The notes under the pieces were generated by a model. The model did no database searches and was not told where the DNA came from. It worked only from the letters and a program-made list of their open reading frames with translations. Both the position numbers and the translations under genes were made by a program. Shown here piece by piece: positions 49,801 to 57,881 of a stretch of DNA of 64,000 nucleotides. The DNA comes from Planctomycetota bacterium (GTDB lineage Bacteria; Planctomycetota; GCA-002687715; DRQF01): contig JALTLO010000177.1 of assembly GCA_027001995.1 (NCBI GenBank), positions 39,814 to 103,813 on the forward strand. The letters are read 5' to 3'. The first letter of the stretch is position 1. Each line of letters starts with the position of its first letter.

Positions 49801-50265
49801 GTCATGACGTGGGATGGTACGGGCATCGTCATTCCCAATGAGACGATGGTGGGTGGCACATTGACCAATCACAGCTTGGGGCATCCCCGATTACGTTCGT
49901 CTCTCTTGGTAGGGGTGGGCTATGGCAGTGACGTCAAACGAGTTCGCGAAATCCTGACGGAAACCGTAAAAGGGCACGGGCTTACTCTCAAGCGTCCAGC
50001 ACCGGAAGCGTTCTTCATGGGTTTTGGCGACTCAAGCCTTGATTTCCAAGTGCGTTACTGGACAAGGATGTCGACGCATCGTTTGCGGGTAATCAGCGAC
50101 TTGCGCTTCGCAATCGAAGAGGCTTTTCGACGCGAGAACATTGAGATTCCCTTTCCCCAACGGGACCTCAACATTCGCTCAGTTGATGGGGATGTCATGG
50201 GTGCGTTTGGGGGTAACCAAGGCGTTGAATTGGACCCGGAGTTGGAAGATCATGAGGAACAATGA
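46840..50265 (+). CDS. mscK: MscK/KefA-like mechanosensitive channel (long periplasmic coiled coil, TM region, MscS domain)
   Basis: [59 protein letters not shown]. Start approximate (46774 or 46840). Confidence 0.88.
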   Translation: [1141 protein letters not shown]

Positions 50266-50297
50266 TCCCTGGGGCGTGAGGGAATCAGGTCTGGAAG

Positions 50298-50343
50298 GAA
50301 AGAGAAATCCGTTGCCCAGAACCTAAGGGAACTGGACAACGGA
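50298..50343 (-). terminator. Probable terminator of FG-GAP gene 2 (between convergent genes)
   Basis: Stem TCCGTTGCCCAG/CTGGACAACGGA with one wobble pair, followed by TTTCTCTTT on the minus strand. Confidence 0.6.
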
Positions 50344-50350
50344 ATGAGAG

Positions 50351-50734
50351 CTACTGGGGACCAAACAGGAGTTCTATTGCATTGGTCGTATAGGCTGTCG
50401 CACCCAAGACACCGTATTGGACGTAGATCCGAATACCCGCTAAGGCGGATTGAGCGAGATTGACGAAGTCTCTGTGTTCACCCAGGTTGTCTGTGGTTGA
50501 ATTGAATAGGCCATACAAATCGCCCGGGGCTGGAGAGACAAAGAGTGGGAGGTTCGTGCCGGGCACGAGGGTATGGACTGCTGCGAAGCCCACAATCCCG
50601 ATGATGGGTGTAAGAGGATCGGCGCCACTGAGGGTCATGGCTCCATTGGCTGGGGCCACGGTGCCGGGAGTCCAATCGAATGACGGAGCGCCCGGTGATT
50701 GGCCATAGCGCTGGCCTCCCATCAAAGTTCTTCC
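50351..50734 (-). other. Shared C-terminal domain, copy in FG-GAP protein 2
   Basis: …NLPLFVS…DNLGEH…QSALAGIRIYVQYGVLGATAYTTNAIELLFGPQ-stop. Confidence 0.65.
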
Positions 50735-51946
50735 GGTGAATCGTGTTTGCCCGAGACCTGGTTGGGAGAGGTCTGTAAAGACAAAGTCGGAAATGTCATC
50801 ACCATTGAGGTCACCGACTGGGAAGTCCCCGATAACGAGGGTACTGATCGTGCTTGCGTTCAGACCAGAGCGAATTTCTCGTCTCACCACCTGAGTCCCA
50901 AGATCTCTGATGAGCAAGATGAAATCAAGGGCACCATCACCATTGTGATCGCCTGCTTGAAATAGGTTTTCGATGCGATCACCAGTGTTCGGTAGGATAT
51001 CTTGAAGACGCTGCCAGGTGTTGGTCGAAAAGATCTCGACTCTGCCTGCGTCAGAACCGCCAGCATCGGACCCTGGACTGAAAATTGCAATCTCTGATCC
51101 TCCGTCACCGTCGAGATCGCTTAACTTGGCGGCCTTGAAACCAAATCGATCGAAGGCGCTTCCCGTCCAAGTATGGAGCGCCAAGCCGCTTGCACCTGAG
51201 TAGATCGTTGCACTACCTCCAAGCGAAGCGAAATAGGAGGTTGAGCCAGAGCTTGCCACGAAATCAGGAACACTGTCTCCATCGATATCTCCAACACCGA
51301 CTACACCTCCGGGCTTGAGATCAACGTAAGTCAATTCGTCTAACACTGTCCTGACGTGGGTGGCGCCGTCAATGAGAACAACACGGCTCATAGGAGCGAC
51401 AGTAAGGAAATTGACTTGGACATAACTTACTTCCGAGAACACCCAGTCGCTCACACCGTCACCAGTAAGATCGCCTACACTTGCCCCTTGGATTGTGGCG
51501 TCCACCATAACGAGGCCGCTATTGACAGAAACCGCAGGTGCAATCAGGGCATTCGTTGAACCGGAGCGGACGAAAAGATCGTGGGTGGGATTGAATGTCC
51601 CCACTTGATAGGTGTAGCAAAGTTCTGCGCAGCCATCCCCATCAAGATCAGGAGTTTTGACAAAGCTCAGGTTGCGAATGAGGGAGCCGCTTTGCCAGGG
51701 GAATATGTCGTTGATAACAAGACCAGTTCGCCCCGAGAAAACGGCGGCCCGAACAGAATCCCCGACGGCTGTTGCAAAGAATCCAACATCATCGCATCCG
51801 TCACCATCTGCATCCCCAACATCGAATATCTTGACCTTTGTGACGTCGCGAGGGGTATTATGATGGACCAATTCTGGCAGGGTTTGAGCTGACCCTGTCA
51901 TGGTACAAACGAGAGTCAAGAAAAATGAAATAACGATTTTCGACAT
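50351..51946 (-). CDS. Exported FG-GAP/VCBS beta-propeller protein with C-terminal domain
   Basis: Signal peptide from MSKIVISFF (GGAAGG RBS). Ca-binding blades GDADGDGCDD, DLDGDGCAE, GDLTGDGVSD, GDIDGDSVPD, DLDGDGGSE, GDHNGDGALD, GDLNGDDISD. Confidence 0.9.
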   Translation of the reverse strand: MSKIVISFFLTLVCTMTGSAQTLPELVHHNTPRDVTKVKIFDVGDADGDGCDDVGFFATAVGDSVRAAVFSGRTGLVINDIFPWQSGSLIRNLSFVKTPDLDGDGCAELCYTYQVGTFNPTHDLFVRSGSTNALIAPAVSVNSGLVMVDATIQGASVGDLTGDGVSDWVFSEVSYVQVNFLTVAPMSRVVLIDGATHVRTVLDELTYVDLKPGGVVGVGDIDGDSVPDFVASSGSTSYFASLGGSATIYSGASGLALHTWTGSAFDRFGFKAAKLSDLDGDGGSEIAIFSPGSDAGGSDAGRVEIFSTNTWQRLQDILPNTGDRIENLFQAGDHNGDGALDFILLIRDLGTQVVRREIRSGLNASTISTLVIGDFPVGDLNGDDISDFVFTDLSQPGLGQTRFTGRTLMGGQRYGQSPGAPSFDWTPGTVAPANGAMTLSGADPLTPIIGIVGFAAVHTLVPGTNLPLFVSPAPGDLYGLFNSTTDNLGEHRDFVNLAQSALAGIRIYVQYGVLGATAYTTNAIELLFGPQ

Positions 51947-52189
51947 GTAACTTCCTTCCAATTGAGATGCGATACGCTTCTGCACCATACACCGTCTTAT
52001 GGCAATTAACATGATCTTTTCCATCTCTTTTGGGTCGGTGGATCGGATTAGAGGCCAATTGGATTCAGTTTTGGGTGGGGTGATGGGCGTGATCGGGGGG
52101 AGAAGGCCTCAAGCAAGGTCGAATTCTACGACCTGAAATCGGGAGGGCTGCATGGCGTGTGGAGAAGCTGGCGTTGCAGTACGTGACTC

Positions 52190-52218
52190 AAGAAATAGGG
52201 GACTCTCTGGTCCCCTAT
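52190..52218 (-). terminator. Intrinsic terminator of sodB
   Basis: Perfect stem ATAGGGGAC/GTCCCCTAT followed by TTCTT on the minus strand, 27 nt after the sodB stop. Confidence 0.75.
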
Positions 52219-52245
52219 CCTGATATTCAGTGAGTCAATTGATGA

Positions 52246-52824
52246 TTAACCCAAGCAAGTATTCGCGTGGTCCCAATTGACCAAGTTCCAAAATGCCTCG
52301 ATGTACTTGGGGCGGGCATTGCGGTAGTCGACGTAATAAGCGTGCTCCCAGACATCACAAGTCAAGATGGGAGTCTTGCCATCTGTCAAAGGGCAACCAG
52401 CATCGTGAGTGGTGACGATGTCTAAATTGCCATCGGAATCTTTGACGAGCCAAGCCCAACCGGAGCCGAAATGGGTAGCAGCGGCGTTGGTGAATGTTTC
52501 TTTGAATTTATCGAAAGACCCGAAGGCGTTGTTAATGGCATCGGCGATGGCGCCCGTGGGTGCGCCGCCCCCGTCTGGGCTGAGGCTATTCCAGTAGAAT
52601 GTGTGATTCCAAATCTGAGCGGCGTTGTTGAAAATGCCCCCTGATGACTTCTTGATGATGTCTTCTAAACTAGAATTTTCGAAGCCAGAGCCAGGCAATG
52701 CGGCATTCAGCTTGTCTACATAGGCGTTGTGATGCTTACCGTGATGGTATTCCAGAGTCTCTTTGGAAATGTGTGGTGCCAGGGAATCCATGGCAAATGG
52801 AAGCTGTGGGAGTTCGTGAGACAT
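52246..52824 (-). CDS. sodB: Fe superoxide dismutase
   Basis: [19 protein letters not shown] (Fe-type AAQ), [16 protein letters not shown]. Start MSHELP at 52824 after GAGGA. Confidence 0.96.
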   Translation of the reverse strand: MSHELPQLPFAMDSLAPHISKETLEYHHGKHHNAYVDKLNAALPGSGFENSSLEDIIKKSSGGIFNNAAQIWNHTFYWNSLSPDGGGAPTGAIADAINNAFGSFDKFKETFTNAAATHFGSGWAWLVKDSDGNLDIVTTHDAGCPLTDGKTPILTCDVWEHAYYVDYRNARPKYIEAFWNLVNWDHANTCLG

Positions 52825-53094
52825 ATCATTCCTCAATTGCGGTGGCTTTTGGGGCCCCAATCTGTATCTAAGAACGCTAACGTTCTGAAAGTGTTCGCTT
52901 ATCTTAACTCCCCTTTGCACCTAGGTCAAAATTGCAACCTCGGAACTCTCAATCTCTCCAGGGGCATGGGAGGAAATGGGGCCTTATAGGGAGTAATTGG
53001 GGCAATTTGCCCATTTCGAGAAAAGATCAGGAACAAAACTGGTCGCAGGCCGTTCAATCACCAGGGCTCGATACTTCTAAGAAAAGAGGAATTC

Positions 53095-54528
53095 ATGACA
53101 CGACTGTTCAATTTGCCAATCTTGCTCGGGATCTTTGTCTTCTTTTCTGGAGGACCCTCCGCGCCCGAGCATGCCGCTGCAAATGAAAAAATTGTTTGGG
53201 AAACGTCTTGGGCGAATGCTGTGAAGCGGGCCAAGGCTGAGAACCGGCCAATCATGATTCATTTCAATATGAACGACGAACCGGCCTGTCGGAACATGGC
53301 CAAGGACCACTTTCGCAACAAGCGCGTCATTGAGCTGTCGAAACAATTTGTCTGTGTTGTTGGTAGTTTGGGAACTCATGAGGAAGAGACGGTTTTTCAA
53401 GAAGAAGGGAAGTGTGGTCGCTTCGGCACAGTCACTTGCCAGGAGCACAGTAAAACCGAGATTGCTGCTCGAAGCACAGTCATGGAATCGAGTCGTGTTA
53501 CGGCTCCCCAGTTCGTTTTTGTCACGCCGGACTTGGATGTCATGGTGAGGCGTCCATGGGACCTACCTTCAAGCGAACTTATAGCTCTGATGGGCCGTGC
53601 TCTCTATTACTTTAATCCTTCTCTTTCACCGGAGGCCATAGACAAACGAGCCAGCGAACTCATGAAGCGCCTTCTTGATGAAGGCAAGTCAGACAATGCG
53701 GCCACTCGGAAGAAAGCCATGGACGCTCTCGCCAAGCGAGATGATCCGAAAGTGATTCAGTTCTTGATCCGTCAAACGAAACCAGACGTTGACTTGGTGA
53801 AGAGAATAGAGGCGGTTCAGGCTATTGGCGACGCGGTCAATGCGACTTGCCTTCCAGCCCTGCTGAAATTGTTGAAAGACCGTAGCCCCAGGTTGCGGCT
53901 TGTGACCATGGTCGCATTGGGCAAGTTGGGAATGCGTGAGTGTATTGAACCTGTTGCAAAAGTCTTTGGTGTTGAGAGCTCCTCGGAAAACAAAGCTCTG
54001 GCTGTGCGTACAGCCATTACTTGCGATCCTGATGACAAGACCGCCCGGAAATTACTCAATAAAGGGCTCAAAGCTAGCAAGTCTCAAATTCGTTTGCATT
54101 CAGCCCGCGCTTGTTTAGAGGTCGCGGTAGATAAGAACGAATTCTCCAAACTGATTAAAATGGCAAGAGGAGATACGGACATGAAAGCCAGAGCGGTGGG
54201 CTGTCATGCTTCCACCACATTGGCGATTCGCTACCGTGACAATCTTGCCCTGACCGTTGATGGGAGGAAACGCGCCGATTTCGCTCTTCGACGAAAGAAG
54301 ATTCTGGCTCTAACCAAGTCAAAGCTACGTCCAGCTCTTAGGAAAATTGCGGCGGGTGATAAGGAAGAATCCCTACGAGAATTTGCCTCCCTTTGCCTCA
54401 GTGCTTTGGATTCTCAAGAATTCGTCGATTTGGACAGTGACTTGGAAGAGTTCTTCAACGACGAGGAAGCATTCGATCCTGACGGCAGTAGTAAGAAGAA
54501 ACGTCGGGGTCGGGGGGGGAGGCGATAG
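53095..54528 (+). CDS. Exported thioredoxin-like domain plus HEAT-repeat protein
   Basis: Signal peptide, WETSWANAVKRAKAENRPIMIHF (Thioredoxin_7-like), HEAT units LLKDRSPRLRLVTMVALGKLG. Confidence 0.8.
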   Translation: MTRLFNLPILLGIFVFFSGGPSAPEHAAANEKIVWETSWANAVKRAKAENRPIMIHFNMNDEPACRNMAKDHFRNKRVIELSKQFVCVVGSLGTHEEETVFQEEGKCGRFGTVTCQEHSKTEIAARSTVMESSRVTAPQFVFVTPDLDVMVRRPWDLPSSELIALMGRALYYFNPSLSPEAIDKRASELMKRLLDEGKSDNAATRKKAMDALAKRDDPKVIQFLIRQTKPDVDLVKRIEAVQAIGDAVNATCLPALLKLLKDRSPRLRLVTMVALGKLGMRECIEPVAKVFGVESSSENKALAVRTAITCDPDDKTARKLLNKGLKASKSQIRLHSARACLEVAVDKNEFSKLIKMARGDTDMKARAVGCHASTTLAIRYRDNLALTVDGRKRADFALRRKKILALTKSKLRPALRKIAAGDKEESLREFASLCLSALDSQEFVDLDSDLEEFFNDEEAFDPDGSSKKKRRGRGGRR

Positions 54529-54629
54529 GCGGGCTCATGAGATTGTAGTGGATTTTTCTGGGTTTTCTGCCAATTCTATGCATGAACAGGAGTTTCTCTG
54601 CCGATAACAAGTGTGGAGGAAATCCGGAT

Positions 54630-56144
54630 ATGAGCGCTTCGACGGGGAAAAATCAGGACATTCAGGGTTTAGGCTTGGGGGAAGCCGACACCGGCGTGGC
54701 CCGTTCCTTTAGGGCACGACGAAAAAGCCCACCACCGATAGAGGAAAACTTAGGGGTGATTTGGGAGGGATCTCAATTCATAACTCATTCCTTGGCCATT
54801 GTGAATAGAGAGCTGTGCTCACGATTGATCGCCAGAGGTGTAGACTTGGGGCTTGTGCTTTACGAAGAGCACTCCTTTGCCGCTGGTTCAGACCCTCAGC
54901 TCCTGAGTCTAGAAAAGCGTTTTCATAAGAGTCCTCAAAACCCAACTCAAGTCCACGTCCGTCATCAATGGCCCCCCAATTTTGAGCGCCCCCGTCAAGG
55001 TAAGTGGGTTCTGATTCAACCCTGGGAGTTTGGTTTCATTCCCCAAGAATGGCTGAAGCCCCTTCGGGATGAAGTGGACGAAATCTGGGTGCCGTCTCGC
55101 TATGCTCGCCAATGCTATATCGACAGCGGTGTACCCTGCAAAAAGATAGTTGTTATTCCTAACGGTGTGGACACTGAGCGTTTCCATCCGAAGGCCACGC
55201 CCGCAATTTTGGAGACGAAAAAGAGGTTCAAATTCCTGTTTGTGGGTGGCACGATTCCTCGCAAAGGGATTCGTCTTCTCCTGGATACTTATCGTCGCTA
55301 TTTCAAACGATGTGATGATGTTTGCTTGGTAATCAAGGACATGGGGGGGAAGGGAGTCTACCAAGGCTCAACCAATGAGGATGAGATCCGCGCTATGATG
55401 GCCGATCCGGATGCCCCGGAAATCGAGTACATCGATGAACATATACCTCATGAGCAGGTAGCTGGCCTCTACACGGCAGCGGATGTCTTGGTCCATGCCT
55501 ACCATGGTGAAGGTTTCGGAATACCGATCGCTGAGTCCATGGCCTGTGGTGTTCCTGTCATCGTTACGGGCTTAGGGGCTGCAATGGACTTTTGCAATCA
55601 GCAGAATTCTTATCTGATCCCTGCTACCCGCCATGACATGCCAACAATGAAGGTGAGTGACATGGTCGCTTGCGGTTACCCTTGGTTGGCCAATCCCGAT
55701 GGCGATGCCCTGGGACTCCTTATGCGAGAAGCCATAACCAATCCAGCACGGCGCCTGGCTCTTGGCCGCGAGGCTCGCAAGACAATCGTGAGTGAATTCA
55801 CTTGGGACCACGCCGTTGATATGGTGTGGACCAGGCTAAGAGCCCTTGGTCACTGTGAAGACATAGGACGGGGTAAGATTGAAAGTGTCTCTTCCAGCTC
55901 CGGCATGTCGCCGAATCCGAAGTTCTCAGGGGTGGAAGGTGAGCAGGTCGAGGGCTACCTACGTTTTGCTGTCTCTCTTCGAAAGGAAGGACGGGTAGAC
56001 GAGGCCTGTGAACTCGCACTCTTGGCGCTTTCGGAAGATCCGGGAAACGAGGAGGCCATGGGTTTGCTCAGGGAGTTGTCGAAAGAAGTAGGATTCGACA
56101 TCGCCGCTTCCCCGCTTTCTTCGGGGGTTAGGGATGATAGCTGA
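54630..56144 (+). CDS. Glycosyltransferase family 4 (GT-B)
   Basis: VDEIWVPS, VIPNGVD, FLFVGGTIPRKG, EGFGIPIAESMACGVPVIVT. GGAGGA RBS before ATG 54630. Confidence 0.92.
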   Translation: MSASTGKNQDIQGLGLGEADTGVARSFRARRKSPPPIEENLGVIWEGSQFITHSLAIVNRELCSRLIARGVDLGLVLYEEHSFAAGSDPQLLSLEKRFHKSPQNPTQVHVRHQWPPNFERPRQGKWVLIQPWEFGFIPQEWLKPLRDEVDEIWVPSRYARQCYIDSGVPCKKIVVIPNGVDTERFHPKATPAILETKKRFKFLFVGGTIPRKGIRLLLDTYRRYFKRCDDVCLVIKDMGGKGVYQGSTNEDEIRAMMADPDAPEIEYIDEHIPHEQVAGLYTAADVLVHAYHGEGFGIPIAESMACGVPVIVTGLGAAMDFCNQQNSYLIPATRHDMPTMKVSDMVACGYPWLANPDGDALGLLMREAITNPARRLALGREARKTIVSEFTWDHAVDMVWTRLRALGHCEDIGRGKIESVSSSSGMSPNPKFSGVEGEQVEGYLRFAVSLRKEGRVDEACELALLALSEDPGNEEAMGLLRELSKEVGFDIAASPLSSGVRDDS

Positions 56145-56550
56145 AAATGACTCGACGATGGTGGGGCCTAGTTCTGTGCTCCCAAAGGTAGAGACCTTGC
56201 CACGTCCCCAAGGCCAATTCACCGCCGATGACAGGAATCGAAATCGAATTCGTCGTTAACACACTCCGAATATGTGCGGCCATGTCATCGGGGCCCTCGG
56301 CCGTGTGTTCAAATCTTGGATCACCATCCGCTGCGATACTTGCGAATGCTAACTCTAAGTCACGTCGTACCCCTGGATCCGCATTCTCGCAGAGGATGAG
56401 CGACGCGGAAGTGTGGCTGACAAAGACATGCAGTATGCCGCTTTGGACCCGAAGATTGTTGAGAAACGATTGAGCTTCTTCTGTGATATTGTAGGTTCCA
56501 CGCCTATGGGTTCGCAATGAGATCTCGTGGTGCTGAGTTTCGGAGGACAC
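56128..56550 (-). CDS. yjbQ: YjbQ/UPF0047 secondary thiamine-phosphate synthase family
   Basis: HTSASL, ENADPGVRRD, EGPDDMAAHIRS, LGTWQGLYLWEHR. Confidence 0.93.
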   Translation of the reverse strand: MSSETQHHEISLRTHRRGTYNITEEAQSFLNNLRVQSGILHVFVSHTSASLILCENADPGVRRDLELAFASIAADGDPRFEHTAEGPDDMAAHIRSVLTTNSISIPVIGGELALGTWQGLYLWEHRTRPHHRRVIFSYHP

Positions 56551-57491
56551 TATTTTTTTCTCCGTATGATGACCTCTCGACCATCTTCAAAACGAATGAT
56601 TTCCTCCACATCATCCATGCCTTGGGTGCCAGGATTGCTATGTCGCTTGGGCCGTGAAAAAGGGTTTCTCTGTTGTTGAAAACCATCCCTTGGGTTTGGT
56701 TGTGAACCAGCCCGTTGTTGCATGGTCCGCAGGAGATCAAAGATGCTGCTTGCTCCCTGAAAACCTCCGGCCTGGGCTTGGGCCCCTCTTCTTTCACTGC
56801 TGGCAGCTCGCCTCAGGAACCAACCCATGAATGCAGTAAAGATGGCCCCAAAGAGGTCACCACTCAAGAACCGCATGAATGCCAAGCCATAGAAAACTAA
56901 GCCAAGAATCTCGCCACCTCTGGCGGCGACCAAAGTCGCCTGGTTTCGATCTTTCTTGAAATGCCAGACGGCCGCACGAAGTATTCGGCCTCCGTCAAGT
57001 GGCAGACCAGGAAGCATGTTGAAGACGCCTAAAACGAGATTGGCGTAGGAAAGATAGAGGAATGCCACGATGAGCATGAAAGGCATCGATGCGTTGGCAA
57101 GAATTGCTGCTAAAAGATGAAATGCTCCTGCCAGAAAGAAACTCACTGCCGGCCCGGCAATGGCCACAAGGAATTCTTGCTTGGCAGTTGTTGGCTCACC
57201 TTTGATCTTGGCCACACCACCTAAACCGTGCAGAGTAATGGACTGGGTGGCGATCCCGAATTGCCGCGCTGTGAGGGCATGGCCCAGCTCATGAGCCAAT
57301 AAAGAGCCCAGGAAAAGCATGACGAATAGGGGAACGATGAAGAGTGACTCTAAGGAGAAGCCAAAGAGTGAGAATCCGTTGAGAGCCAACATCAACGCCA
57401 GAAAGGCGGCGCTTTGGTTGGCATTGATCCGAATTCCGGCTATGCGGCGCAAGGGATAGCCGTCTTGCATCATTTGAAATGGAATACTCAT
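56550..57491 (-). CDS. Site-2 protease (M50, SpoIVFB-like) without CBS domains
   Basis: HELGH, LGGVA, IAGPAVS, FNMLPGLPLDGG. Likely start MSIPF at 57491. Confidence 0.9.
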   Translation of the reverse strand: MSIPFQMMQDGYPLRRIAGIRINANQSAAFLALMLALNGFSLFGFSLESLFIVPLFVMLFLGSLLAHELGHALTARQFGIATQSITLHGLGGVAKIKGEPTTAKQEFLVAIAGPAVSFFLAGAFHLLAAILANASMPFMLIVAFLYLSYANLVLGVFNMLPGLPLDGGRILRAAVWHFKKDRNQATLVAARGGEILGLVFYGLAFMRFLSGDLFGAIFTAFMGWFLRRAASSERRGAQAQAGGFQGASSIFDLLRTMQQRAGSQPNPRDGFQQQRNPFSRPKRHSNPGTQGMDDVEEIIRFEDGREVIIRRKK

Positions 57492-57881
57492 AACTTCACC
57501 TTTGCAAAACTCGTTCCTTTCACATTCGTTGGGGTTCTGGCTTAGTTTTGGAATCTGGCTGACAATCTGCCAGTCATTTTCCCTTACTTTCTCTGCCAAA
57601 CTGTCGTTTTTTTTGGATATGAGTGGGGGAGGTTCGTCGACTTCTATTCCGCAGCGAAACTCCCTTTTGGAGCCATTCATCTGCTGTTTGGCCTGTCCGC
57701 AGCGTGCGACCACTCACAATTTTCCTTCCATTGCCCCCGGGATCTCCTAAAGTTTTAGGAGAATTAAGGAGGGATTTTCCTTCCTGTTCCGTATCGCCCC
57801 TATCTACGGGAATATCGCAGCAGTTCGCCTTGCCATGAGGTCGTGGCCACCTAGGCGTCCGTGAATTTGAAAGGCACCGCC

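Noticed and set aside
52825..52920. N-terminal extension of SodB
   Set aside because: The RBS and the family start point to ATG 52824.
57492..57713. N-terminal extension of the site-2 protease
   Set aside because: No family resemblance. It is more likely the divergent promoter region.
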